64,000 nucleotides of DNA from a virus (Duplodnaviria > Heunggongvirae > Uroviricota > Caudoviricetes), in IMG/VR virus record IMGVR_UViG_3300027295_000004; one strand, written 5' to 3'. The position numbers and the translations under genes are program-made. Position 1 is the first letter of the stretch; the number at the start of each line of letters is the position of its first letter. Below are positions 9,202-18,592 of this stretch, piece after piece. Below the pieces are notes generated by a model that saw nothing but the letters and a program-made list of their open reading frames with translations, searched no databases and had not been told where the DNA came from.

Positions 9202-11532
9202 TTAGATCAATTCAGCGAAGTCTTGATTTGTTCTTGTTGCTACGAAGTTGACAAGGATGAACTCACTCGCTCTGACTGGCTTGAGATAAATGTCTACAAC
9301 CATCTCATTTCGATCGATTACAGAACCGGTGTTATTCCGTTCATCGCACACGATCAGATAATCATACAGACCTTCATTGCGTTTTGCATTCTCAAACAGC
9401 GGTGTCAATACGTTGATTACTTGCGTTCTTGTGAATACTGTATTAGGCTCGAACACGAAGTATTTAAGAACTCTAGCAGTTGGCTTCTCAAGAGCTAAGA
9501 ACAAGCGACGCACATTAATACGATCGAATGCACTTGGTTTTCTGAATAGAGTCTTCTGGCCCCAGATTACGTACCCATCGTTAGGGAAGTAGCACACAGG
9601 ATTTTGTCCGATGCGATAGAGAAGATCGCGTTCTTTTTGGTTAGGATTGATTGCAAGATCTACCACATTGCGTACAATGCCTCTTGTCAATCCAGCCGGT
9701 GCAATCCATGGGAAACGATCTCTATCAGTTTCAGCCAATGCGCGCCCTGCCCACCCAGAGAATGGAACCCAGCAATAACCATCAGCGGCGCTGTCGTATA
9801 CTCTCACCCAGTTTGCATATGATACTGAATATGATGTATTTGCAGCTTGATACAGATTGCGTAGCGGCCAGTATACTACTTTAGAGAATGGATTGGTTAC
9901 GCGATCGCATTTGGATTCAAATACTTTGTAGTTGGTACCATTAACAAGGAGCTGGCGGAGTGGATCACTAATATGGATGTGGTCTTTGCGTGTTGATTCT
10001 GCGAAGTTGTTGAACAGATTGAAGATTGTTTTGTGAGCATCGCCAATACCATTGTCCCCAGTGAAGCTACCGTCAAATGAAGCCAATTGGGTAAGTGCTG
10101 CATTCGGTACAAATACAGTATCGTCAAAGATTTCAGACCCTAATGTGGCAGATGTTGTTCTTGTCGTAGCCCAGATAGTGCTCAGCCCGCCATCGAGAGT
10201 TATGTCGATAGGAATCAAATCTGGATTCGATACACATGCAAAAATACGAGCCAATTTATCTGGAAGATTACCGATTAATTTATTTGCATCTGTAGTTGTC
10301 GCAAATGTGCTAGCTTCATAAAGACTTCTTGATTCTGAGATGTTAGTGGACGCAATTGTTTTGCCGTCTGGCAGAACGATAAATCCTGTGCCTGATACAC
10401 CAGTTGTTTTCCAGAAGCGAACCTTATTAGCTGGCTGACCGCTAGCGTCTGACCATGTAGTAGATTTCGAAATATATGGATTTACAAGTACTTTCAAATT
10501 AGAAGATGAATTATTTACAACATCTTCGATGAAGAATGATTTTGGTGGTCCTCCAAGCGGATCTGCAACTCTGCGTGACGAATCGAGCGAGCCGATATAT
10601 GTCTCTACTAGAACTTTGTCGAGTGTACTATTACTCGCCCCAGCATAAATGGATTTGCGTACTTTAAAGAGACCCAAGACAATTGTATCGTTGTATGATG
10701 TTGTGTCATATACAAAATTCGGTACAGTTTCAAGAATTTCTGAAACAGAACCGGCTACACCGGCGTAGGATGCACTTAGCGCAAACCCAACTCTGCTTGA
10801 ATCGACAGTGGCATATGTATTCGCACTGTTCACTGCTTTCAGATTCAGAATGTCTGTAAAATCTTGTGTAGGATTTGCTAATGCATTGTCTATAATCCCG
10901 ACATAATATCCTTCTTGGATGTTATTGGACATCGACTTTGTGGTATCAATCACAATCATACCTGCGGAACTTAGTTTATTAACTCCCGTGCCGGTCGCAA
11001 ATCTTGTTGCATTTGTTGCAGATAGTGCAGCAGCCGTAGCGCTCGCAGCCCATGAAATATTGTTGTTAATCAAGTCATAATACTCATCTTGTGTTAGTTC
11101 GACGTGATATGGTTCACCAAACACCAATGTATTAGAAATCAAGCTAAACGATGAAGTTGCTCCTGTTGCTGTTCCTACTGCTGCTGCACTATATGTCGAC
11201 GACGCAGGAATTACAGGATACACCAGTGCACCAAATTTTTCACCATAGCTGCTGCCAGTACCACTACCATATGGAATTCTTGTAGCGATAAGATTACCAC
11301 CGGAATTCAAATACTCGCGGCATGTGTGATAAAAATATCTTTCAGCTGCATTTGCCGGAGTACCATAAACAGATTCAAATTCTGAAAAACTTGTAACTGT
11401 AATTGGTTCTTCTGTAGGTCCTTGGCTTGCATATCCAAGAACCCATGTATTAGTGCCAACTGTTGGTTCAACGCGTAGGGTTAGATCGCGTTCTCTGATT
11501 TCTACGCCTGGTGATTCGATTGTACGTGCCAT
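9202..11532 (-). CDS. gp18: Contractile tail sheath protein (T4 gp18-like)
   Basis: 'SPGVEIRERDLT' N-terminus; 'WIAPAGLTRG', 'WGQKTL...SAFDRINVRRLFL', 'FVFEPNT..TR', 'VCDERNNT..VIDRNE..VDIYLKPVRASEFILVNFVAT'. Confidence 0.97.
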   Translation of the reverse strand: MARTIESPGVEIRERDLTLRVEPTVGTNTWVLGYASQGPTEEPITVTSFSEFESVYGTPANAAERYFYHTCREYLNSGGNLIATRIPYGSGTGSSYGEKFGALVYPVIPASSTYSAAAVGTATGATSSFSLISNTLVFGEPYHVELTQDEYYDLINNNISWAASATAAALSATNATRFATGTGVNKLSSAGMIVIDTTKSMSNNIQEGYYVGIIDNALANPTQDFTDILNLKAVNSANTYATVDSSRVGFALSASYAGVAGSVSEILETVPNFVYDTTSYNDTIVLGLFKVRKSIYAGASNSTLDKVLVETYIGSLDSSRRVADPLGGPPKSFFIEDVVNNSSSNLKVLVNPYISKSTTWSDASGQPANKVRFWKTTGVSGTGFIVLPDGKTIASTNISESRSLYEASTFATTTDANKLIGNLPDKLARIFACVSNPDLIPIDITLDGGLSTIWATTRTTSATLGSEIFDDTVFVPNAALTQLASFDGSFTGDNGIGDAHKTIFNLFNNFAESTRKDHIHISDPLRQLLVNGTNYKVFESKCDRVTNPFSKVVYWPLRNLYQAANTSYSVSYANWVRVYDSAADGYCWVPFSGWAGRALAETDRDRFPWIAPAGLTRGIVRNVVDLAINPNQKERDLLYRIGQNPVCYFPNDGYVIWGQKTLFRKPSAFDRINVRRLFLALEKPTARVLKYFVFEPNTVFTRTQVINVLTPLFENAKRNEGLYDYLIVCDERNNTGSVIDRNEMVVDIYLKPVRASEFILVNFVATRTNQDFAELI

Positions 11533-11574
11533 AATTACAATCTACTTACATTTTATCTTATGGCCGTTTTTGAT

Positions 11575-12207
11575 TTAACTACAAATTTGTACTGAATTAT
11601 TCGATGTTGGGTCTAATACGGATTCGAATTCTGTATCGCATAAAAGCTCTGCTCTGAATTGTGAATACATGAAACGAAACTCTCCGGCCATCGCTTTGCT
11701 GTCTTGATATGACCAATCAATACCACTTAGATAGACTGGGAATGCATTTGTATACGTAAATTTTATAGTCTTTGCTTTTTGGTATTCATCCAGAGCATAA
11801 ACTGTCAGATTTGTTTGATATCCAATTCCTGGCATCCCTGCAACTCCTCGTGAAATATTTTTACCATCATAAATGCCATGAACATCATCAGAAATGAAGT
11901 CAAGCCATTTATATATGAACCAATAATTGTTAAAATTATTATCTACATTAAATCTTACCGAAATTGGGTCGGGTGCTTGTTTATTATGTGTTGACACCGA
12001 TATTGATTGCCCTGCTAATCTTTCTGTCAGATATGGCACTGTGATTGACGGTATAACAGAGCCATATACAGTGAATTGCATCGAGTTCGAATTTAACAAT
12101 TGATTCGTCCGTGCATTTTTGGTTTTTAAATGCCTTAATGCTGGTGGCGTGTCGAGTACAAGTAAAAACCTATCGACTGTTTGTTTATTGAGTGGACTAG
12201 AAAGCAT
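11575..12207 (-). CDS. Tail completion / tube terminator (T4 gp3-like)
   Basis: Tube-fold pattern 'FNVDNNFNNYWFIYKWL...FTYTNAFPVYLSGIDWSY...F.F.YSQF'; start set to the ATG overlapping the terminase stop. Confidence 0.65.
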   Translation of the reverse strand: MLSSPLNKQTVDRFLLVLDTPPALRHLKTKNARTNQLLNSNSMQFTVYGSVIPSITVPYLTERLAGQSISVSTHNKQAPDPISVRFNVDNNFNNYWFIYKWLDFISDDVHGIYDGKNISRGVAGMPGIGYQTNLTVYALDEYQKAKTIKFTYTNAFPVYLSGIDWSYQDSKAMAGEFRFMYSQFRAELLCDTEFESVLDPTSNNSVQICS

Positions 12208-13885
12208 ATAGATAATTAATATCCTCTTGGCTGAATTCTGCTGCGCTTGGATCAAAATACACCGGCATCTGGCCTCTGAATATAGGCTCGACTGCCAATG
12301 TCAATTCACTGATCGGTGCATATTCATAAAACCCATACGGATCTACTAACTTAGAAACTTTACCATTGCGATCTCTTTCGTATACATCATAATATTTTTC
12401 AACGATGCCGTTTTCTAGTATAAAAAGAGCCCACACTGTTGCCATGACCCGATCATCCCATGTATTTCTCGAACCATTCTTTTTCCAAATGCCGTTTGAG
12501 TGTTTTACAAATGTACGAAATTCATCGATCAAGCCACCGCTTCTGACATCAACACATCTTAAGTGATTGACCCAATAACGCATATTTAATACACTATCAT
12601 GTCGAACATTAGTATGGCTGAAGATTCCTCTTTTGTTTCTATCACTTTGTTTAGACGGCAGGAAGTCTAATAATCTTGTATAATGATATGATGTAACTAA
12701 GGTATCGACAACAGTGCCGCCCATGTTATTTCTTTCGATTGCAAGCATTGGCGAGCCCCACTGTAGAGCTATTTGGTATAATTTTCTAGTAAATGTCAAC
12801 GGTTCAATTTGCCTATCATGGTATTCGGCGACTTGCTTAATGTTGCCAAGATCTGTAATGTCGTATATTTCCACAACTGACGCGGCTTCTCCTATGCCGT
12901 CAGATACATCGACTCCGATTGTATATACATGCGTTTTATCAGGCAAATCAAAGATCTTATAATGCCCATCGTCTAATTGCAATATAGGTTCGCGTGCTTT
13001 TTGACGCATATCATCAATGAATGCCTCATCGACAGATCCGCTACCAGTGCTGATAAATTTGTTGTCATATTCTTGAGCAAATGCTTCTTCGTCGCCGTTT
13101 AGGCTTGCAAGCATTGATTCTTTCCATTTTTTGCCTCTGCCCGGAACATCCGACCAGTGAATGGTCTCTGCGTGCCATTGATCCAAACCCTCTGTCGGGG
13201 CCACCGACGTTGCATTCTTATATATTTCATAAAACATATTGTCAGTACCATTTGCGGTACTAACTACAAATATCTGGGCCGTTTTAGAAGATGAAATTGT
13301 AGCTGACACGGATTTCCAAAATTGCGCCATGATGTTAGGTGCGATGAACGCCATCTCATCGACGATGATTAAGTTGGTTGCCTTACCACGGCCCGTATTC
13401 GGTGATGTGGTTTCGACTGATAGATATGATCCATTTTCTAGCTTCATCCCTGTTTCACCCCATTTCTCTACACCAGGCTTGAGCCAATTTGGTAATTGCT
13501 CATACGCCATTTTAACGCGGCTAAAAATTTCAATTGCGGTGTCTTCTCTGTTTGCAGCAATAACGATTCTTTGGTGTTTAATGAAACATGCTTTCCATAA
13601 TGAATAAACACACATCAAAGTACTTTTACCAACCTGTCTAGATGCTAGAGTCACTACGAAACGGTTTTTGCACAGTGACTTTAAAACGCGCTTCTGTGCG
13701 GGGTATAATTCTATCTTTTTTTCTCCATCATCAATGTTAATAATAGTAAAATAAGATTGTGCGAAATAAATGAGATCTTTTTTGCATTTCGCAATTTCCT
13801 CAATCATTTCCGATGTATAGTTGTGCTTTGTTGCCGGTAATGGTAGATTTTCGTTATTGAGATAATGCGTTCGTTTTGACTGCAT
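12197..13885 (-). CDS. gp17: Terminase large subunit (T4 gp17-like)
   Basis: Walker A 'SRQVGKST', Walker B 'LIIVDEMAF', 'VSTANG', nuclease 'IGVDVSDG' and 'DDRVMA'; no intein seen. Confidence 0.95.
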   Translation of the reverse strand: MQSKRTHYLNNENLPLPATKHNYTSEMIEEIAKCKKDLIYFAQSYFTIINIDDGEKKIELYPAQKRVLKSLCKNRFVVTLASRQVGKSTLMCVYSLWKACFIKHQRIVIAANREDTAIEIFSRVKMAYEQLPNWLKPGVEKWGETGMKLENGSYLSVETTSPNTGRGKATNLIIVDEMAFIAPNIMAQFWKSVSATISSSKTAQIFVVSTANGTDNMFYEIYKNATSVAPTEGLDQWHAETIHWSDVPGRGKKWKESMLASLNGDEEAFAQEYDNKFISTGSGSVDEAFIDDMRQKAREPILQLDDGHYKIFDLPDKTHVYTIGVDVSDGIGEAASVVEIYDITDLGNIKQVAEYHDRQIEPLTFTRKLYQIALQWGSPMLAIERNNMGGTVVDTLVTSYHYTRLLDFLPSKQSDRNKRGIFSHTNVRHDSVLNMRYWVNHLRCVDVRSGGLIDEFRTFVKHSNGIWKKNGSRNTWDDRVMATVWALFILENGIVEKYYDVYERDRNGKVSKLVDPYGFYEYAPISELTLAVEPIFRGQMPVYFDPSAAEFSQEDINYLYAF

Positions 13886-13971
13886 ATAATTTTATATACT
13901 TATATGCATTATCAATTTTTATTGTTGTGTGCGAAAATGGGGCTATTCTATATAAGTACAATCTATAATCT

Positions 13972-14709
13972 ATGAATGTCAAATTAAAACAACTTTTAGA
14001 GGCACGCAAGAAAGCAAAAGGCGCGAAGTTCAAACAAACGTCAGCTACTAAAGCTCCTGGCGATGCATTTAATGCGCCTAAAAAAGGGCTATCCGGTGCA
14101 GGCCCTGAGGGAGCAAAAACCCCAGTCAAACCAAAAAGTACCGTTAAAGAATCAAGAGTGCCTGCATTTGGTGCTAGATTCAATCGTCTATTCGAGCAAA
14201 CACTTACTGAGCATGAAAATATGCTCGCAGAAGAAGATGGTGAACTATACGCTGAATATGATATGATGTCAGACGACGATCAAGTCGATTCCGATCTTAT
14301 TGGTGCTGAAGGAGAAGATGTGACAATTACCCTTGATAAAGAGACGGCTAAAAAGCTTCATGCATTGCTGGCTGCAGTCATTGGTGGTGAAGAAGATGGC
14401 GGAGAGGGTGAAGAAGAAGGGGGAGAAGATTATGGATTAGGTGAGAGCAAAGATGAGGAAGAAGAAGACGATGAAGAAGTCGTTGAAGAAGAAGGTCATT
14501 ATAGCATGGGAGCTGCTAATCTCGCAGCCGGTGCTAAGCTTGCACAAACAAGTACAGACAAAGTTAAGTGCAAACAGGTGGCACGCCCAGGCAAAGCAAG
14601 CCCGACAAAATCATACGACAGTAGCGGCAAGCTTAGCGCCGTTGGTGCTGCTAAACCACAACCGTTTCAAGTGAAAAGCAGTGTTGCCGCTGGTAAGGAT
14701 CTTTTCTAA
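13972..14709 (+). CDS. Low-complexity late protein with basic ends and a very acidic core; possible head core/internal protein
   Basis: Lys-rich N- and C-termini, Glu/Asp/Gly-rich centre; TAAGTA at 13953-13958; strong terminator downstream. Confidence 0.6.
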   Translation: MNVKLKQLLEARKKAKGAKFKQTSATKAPGDAFNAPKKGLSGAGPEGAKTPVKPKSTVKESRVPAFGARFNRLFEQTLTEHENMLAEEDGELYAEYDMMSDDDQVDSDLIGAEGEDVTITLDKETAKKLHALLAAVIGGEEDGGEGEEEGGEDYGLGESKDEEEEDDEEVVEEEGHYSMGAANLAAGAKLAQTSTDKVKCKQVARPGKASPTKSYDSSGKLSAVGAAKPQPFQVKSSVAAGKDLF

Positions 14710-14731
14710 TAGGCAGTCATATTGATAAACT

Positions 14732-14762
14732 AAAAAAGGAGAGCGTAAAGCTCTCCTTTTTT
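14732..14762. terminator. Bidirectional rho-independent terminator between convergent genes
   Basis: AAAAAAGGAGAGC-GTAAA-GCTCTCCTTTTTT perfect 13-bp stem. Confidence 0.9.
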
Positions 14763-15105
14763 ATTCGAATGAAATCACCAATTTCTCGTTTAAGTATTTG
14801 CTTGTTTTATTCTTGCCAATATAAAACATTAGCTCTTGATATGGTTGCGTGTTTTTGACTGCTATCTTGTCTACGCTATAATCAAAAATTATCCCATTAT
14901 CTGTAATGAATATATCAAACGGAATAGGTATCGGCAGAATCTCAATAGATGGTTTGGATGTCTTGATGTAGAGGTCAAACGAAAACGCATTTATCTTTGA
15001 CAGCACAAATCTGCCTGTTTTGAATACGTTGGTTCCATTAATTGATAGCTTAATGGTTTTTTGGAAGTGCTGCTTTAACGCATTTTCGATTTTGTCTATT
15101 ATCAT
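14761..15105 (-). CDS. Hypothetical protein
   Basis: 114 aa, last gene of the minus-strand operon. Confidence 0.6.
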   Translation of the reverse strand: MIIDKIENALKQHFQKTIKLSINGTNVFKTGRFVLSKINAFSFDLYIKTSKPSIEILPIPIPFDIFITDNGIIFDYSVDKIAVKNTQPYQELMFYIGKNKTSKYLNEKLVISFE

Positions 15106-15494
15106 GAGTTCATGAATCTTAATTTATCTTCAGGGCTTAGCGGCAACATATTTGAGTCAAAATAGTCCCAAAATTTTGCAACTTCGTCTTCTGTCGTTAC
15201 TGGAATTTGTGTAATGATCGAAGATCCCTCTGCACCAAACAATCTATATTCTTGCCAGAGAATATCCCATGCAAGAATTAGATTGCGGGCTGCTGGTGTG
15301 AATTTTAATCCACCCCCACCACCACCTTCATATCGTAGTGTAATTTTACCTCGAGGGCTATTGAGTAGACTATTACTTGTTGTTATGAATGCTCTTCTAG
15401 TTGATGCTGCCCCTGGCTTTGGATTGCGCCTAATGAATTTGACCTCAAGTACATTAGTTTCCAGCAGATTGCTTAGTTCAGTGAGTGATGCCAT
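15102..15494 (-). CDS. Hypothetical protein, possibly SH3/WYL-like (DUF2693-type)
   Basis: 'LLETNVLEVKFIRR...TRRAFIT' resembles 'L..GVVEV.F.K.DG..R.M..T'; Gly6 loop. Confidence 0.45.
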   Translation of the reverse strand: MASLTELSNLLETNVLEVKFIRRNPKPGAASTRRAFITTSNSLLNSPRGKITLRYEGGGGGGLKFTPAARNLILAWDILWQEYRLFGAEGSSIITQIPVTTEDEVAKFWDYFDSNMLPLSPEDKLRFMNS

Positions 15495-15497
15495 ATT

Positions 15498-15839
15498 TTA
15501 TTGTTCCTCTTTGAGGCTTACTTTGCCGAATAGTCTATCCTCGTTAATATATCGAACTTCGACCCCCTTATGTTTGATGCCCGGAATCCCTCGATCATTA
15601 GGAAATAGAACCATATCTCCTACTTTGACATTGTCGCTGCATTTGGGTCCCTTGAGAATAATTTCTCCTACTCTCCACATGTTATAGGTAACACCTGGGT
15701 CTACCCACAGAGAGCCTCGCTTGACAAGACCTTCACCGTTATTATCTTTATAAGCAATTGCTAGTGTATCACCAAACAATTCACTGATTTCATAGTCTTC
15801 AGGAAGTGCGGAGCTACTGTATTTTTCTAAATTTTCCAT
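15498..15839 (-). CDS. groES: Co-chaperonin GroES/cpn10-like (T4 gp31 analogue)
   Basis: 'ELFGDTLAI...mobile loop...VGEIILKGP...VKVGDMVLFP...G......YINEDRLFG'. Confidence 0.8.
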   Translation of the reverse strand: MENLEKYSSSALPEDYEISELFGDTLAIAYKDNNGEGLVKRGSLWVDPGVTYNMWRVGEIILKGPKCSDNVKVGDMVLFPNDRGIPGIKHKGVEVRYINEDRLFGKVSLKEEQ

Positions 15840-15853
15840 ATGGGTGATTTATG

Positions 15854-16237
15854 TTACTTTTTGTAGATGTCAAGATCTTTTACCTTAAAATCAATTCTTT
15901 CCAAATACAACCGAACTTCTCTTTCAGAAATTTCCATATTTTTGGCAATTAATTTTACAGTATCGTCGTCTTTGCTATTTTCCGCTTTTGCTTTCTTGAT
16001 GTAGTTTAATTTACGAAATTTTACTCTCGGCAATGAGGTCATAAACGCATTATACCAATCTTGCTTATCAGCCAATGCCATCCAATATCTATTGGTAGTT
16101 TCGTTCAGAATGTATGTAACTTCTGGCGAATGCATTGATAGCCATCTTTGAATGAGAAACGGCACAAAGTCATTTTCTTCTTCGAGCAACTCTGGTTGTT
16201 TCGAATAAAGGATATTTTTAAGATAATCAAATAGCAT
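15854..16237 (-). CDS. gp62: Clamp loader small subunit (T4 gp62-like)
   Basis: 'FVPFLIQRWLS...LNE.N...KQDWY....LPRVKFRKLNYIKK...LIAKNMEISERE..LYL' follows the gp62 pattern. Confidence 0.65.
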   Translation of the reverse strand: MLFDYLKNILYSKQPELLEEENDFVPFLIQRWLSMHSPEVTYILNETTNRYWMALADKQDWYNAFMTSLPRVKFRKLNYIKKAKAENSKDDDTVKLIAKNMEISEREVRLYLERIDFKVKDLDIYKK

Positions 16238-16836
16238 TAGAGAATTGCCGTCTTTGAGGTTGCGACAAAAATGTCATCAATCATAACATAAAACTCATTA
16301 ATGACATTATTTGTAAATTTCGTTAATTTATCACTATCTCCTAATACATCTCGTGTCGAGTAAGCGAATGCTGGTGCCTTTGCTCCTGCACTGATATTCA
16401 CTGCTAAGTGTCCAAGACTTGCACCATTTACTTCATGACAAATAGAAACACTAGCCTTTCCTTTTGGAAGAACCAATGAATGATGGTCTGATACAAATTC
16501 GTTGTTAACCATAATGTCGTCTCCTTCGATAGATACTCCTGGCACTCCTTCTTCCCATAGAAGCTGTGCAACTTTCGCTGCGAACAATCGTTGGAAACTT
16601 ACTCCACCAAACCTGCAGACGTTTGGAAGTTCCCAAACAAACTGAATGGCGTCCTCACTGTAAATGTAATCATTCTTGAGAGCATCTTCAAGGTCAACGA
16701 GATTATCTGTTACTTCCATTGATCCTCGAAATGCCATGATATTGCCAAGCGGATGTACATTCTTGCCAAAATATCTATAAGCAAATCTTTGATGAATCAG
16801 CGAGCCGTCGTATTGTGTAATTTCTTTGTTAAACAT
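16237..16836 (-). CDS. DUF366-family protein (LplA/BPL, class II synthetase-like fold)
   Basis: 'YDGSLIH..FAY..FG......I.AFRG...V...LVDLED......I.SEDA.QF..E......G...QRL.......EGDDIMV....K.SVSI......GHLAVNI' recalls the DUF366 consensus. Confidence 0.7.
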   Translation of the reverse strand: MFNKEITQYDGSLIHQRFAYRYFGKNVHPLGNIMAFRGSMEVTDNLVDLEDALKNDYIYSEDAIQFVWELPNVCRFGGVSFQRLFAAKVAQLLWEEGVPGVSIEGDDIMVNNEFVSDHHSLVLPKGKASVSICHEVNGASLGHLAVNISAGAKAPAFAYSTRDVLGDSDKLTKFTNNVINEFYVMIDDIFVATSKTAIL

Positions 16837-17290
16837 AATATAGTGGTGATGTTGTTAATTTGTTAATATATAGCGGGATGTCTTTAGAATCAATATATAA
16901 TCCTTGATAGCGCCAAAATATTTTATCTCCTTTTGCCAAAATCTTTTCAGCAATTCGATTTTTGATTATTTCGACTGCATTATTGTGGGGTCTCCAATCG
17001 TTGAGCAATTCATCTGGATAGTCGTCGAGGATAAACTTCTTGTCTGTTACCTTATATCCCCTGCGAATAATTTCATCTTTTATTTCGACATGTCGCTTGT
17101 GCAGGTATAAAATCTTATCAGTCCAAAATAAAATATGTCCTTTCCCAAGCGTAAATTCGTTGGGTACTTTTGATTTCATTTTGAATTTATTTTTTCTCAA
17201 CATGCCATCCACAATAAGCAATTCAGATTGCTCTGCGATTAAATGCTGATCTAATAGCATATTAGGCTCAATGCCAGCATTGCATCTCAT
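16829..17290 (-). CDS. denV: Pyrimidine-dimer DNA glycosylase-like protein (T4 endonuclease V / DenV family)
   Basis: 'L.DQHLIAE..EL', 'FTLGKGHILFW.DK..YL.KR..EI..E..RRGY'. Confidence 0.85.
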   Translation of the reverse strand: MRCNAGIEPNMLLDQHLIAEQSELLIVDGMLRKNKFKMKSKVPNEFTLGKGHILFWTDKILYLHKRHVEIKDEIIRRGYKVTDKKFILDDYPDELLNDWRPHNNAVEIIKNRIAEKILAKGDKIFWRYQGLYIDSKDIPLYINKLTTSPLYYV

Positions 17291-17907
17291 GGAATAAAAT
17301 AAAGAGGCTTGGTTTGATAACTGTGGACTTCGATGAATTCATTATCTTTAATTTCGTATACTACTCTAGGGTTGATGCTCTGACTACATCTATTTGTAGC
17401 TGTTGAAGAAAAATCCCCAGTCTCTGGATCCATGAATAGAGTATTATCCGAACGTGTAACAAAAAGCTGATTGGTTAAAATATTATACATCCAACAAGCC
17501 CACGTTCCTTTAAATTTTTCAAAACATTGAAAGCCATGGATATGCAATTGAAACGGGATTACACTACTATCTATTTCATATGTATGATTGTCTCGAATGT
17601 GTTCGGGAATAAGCTCTTTGTGGTTTGTTAGGATGCCGTTGTGAGCAACCAACCAATTCCGATATTCAAAAGGATGGCATCTTATTGGTGTAAATGTATG
17701 ACCAATCCCAGTAGGCGCTCGCAGATGACCAAGATAAAGAGATGCATCATTCGCATTGAATCTGATATCCATGTCATCACTTTTGTATATAGTGTGTTTA
17801 TTATTTCTCCGAAATACTCCGCCAAAACTACTAAACCCTCTAACGGTATTTGCGTCGTATAATTCATTGAATCTTTCCAATTTAGTTGATTTAAAAATTC
17901 CGCACAT
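17287..17907 (-). CDS. Class II (Ntn) glutamine amidotransferase, stand-alone
   Basis: N-terminal 'MCGIF' nucleophile, 'GHLRAPT', 'HPF', 'AHNGILTN', 'IDS', 'GTWA'. Confidence 0.88.
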   Translation of the reverse strand: MCGIFKSTKLERFNELYDANTVRGFSSFGGVFRRNNKHTIYKSDDMDIRFNANDASLYLGHLRAPTGIGHTFTPIRCHPFEYRNWLVAHNGILTNHKELIPEHIRDNHTYEIDSSVIPFQLHIHGFQCFEKFKGTWACWMYNILTNQLFVTRSDNTLFMDPETGDFSSTATNRCSQSINPRVVYEIKDNEFIEVHSYQTKPLYFIP

Positions 17908-17911
17908 ATGA

Positions 17912-18592
17912 TTAACTATACTTTGCTAAAAACCTCTTTTCACTATTTTTCCATCTTTCATTATCTGTAGAACTCAGTCCGCCTGATGCGTGTGTGACAT
18001 GGATAGGAACTGTTGACATTTTCAACCCTGCTTTATTTGCGCGAAGACAAAAATCAATATCATAATGATGGAAATCGAATTGAGGATCAAAAAGCACACC
18101 ATTATCCATAAGTGCCTTTCTATTAGCAGCTAAAAACAGCCCATCCATAACGATGCATCTAGATGGGGAAGGTCCAAAAGATGTTGCGAAAGATTGGTTT
18201 GTATTTGGAATATAATGATTCACAAATCCCATCCATTGTTCTCTAGGTGACATTAAATGCCAAAGTGCCGGTGATTTGATTTCTGTATTAGAACTACCAG
18301 CAAGACCCAAGATGTCGTAATTTTCAAATCCTTCTTTCAATTTTTCAAACCAAAAAATATCTTCAATTACGACATCATCATGAACACACACTACATAATC
18401 ATGCTCACATTCCAAAATTGCATGGTTGTAAATTTCGGATAGGCCTTGCTTATTGTTATAAGCAACATATGTCTGGTCCGAGACTTTAGCCTTTCTCAAG
18501 AACTTTCCAAGATGGGAATTACACCAAAAATCGTAATGGTGCATTTTTGTCGCTGTGATGAAATAAATATCAGTACTTTTCATAATTCTCAT
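17912..18592 (-). CDS. GT-A fold glycosyltransferase (GT2-like)
   Basis: 'LSEIYNHAI...DYVVCVHDDV', 'MDGLFLA', 'FDFHHYDIDFCLRA'. Confidence 0.85.
   Translation of the reverse strand: MRIMKSTDIYFITATKMHHYDFWCNSHLGKFLRKAKVSDQTYVAYNNKQGLSEIYNHAILECEHDYVVCVHDDVVIEDIFWFEKLKEGFENYDILGLAGSSNTEIKSPALWHLMSPREQWMGFVNHYIPNTNQSFATSFGPSPSRCIVMDGLFLAANRKALMDNGVLFDPQFDFHHYDIDFCLRANKAGLKMSTVPIHVTHASGGLSSTDNERWKNSEKRFLAKYS

Noticed and set aside
9223-10321. Several plus-strand ORFs of 71-91 aa
   Set aside because: Antisense shadows of the tail sheath gene with no motifs
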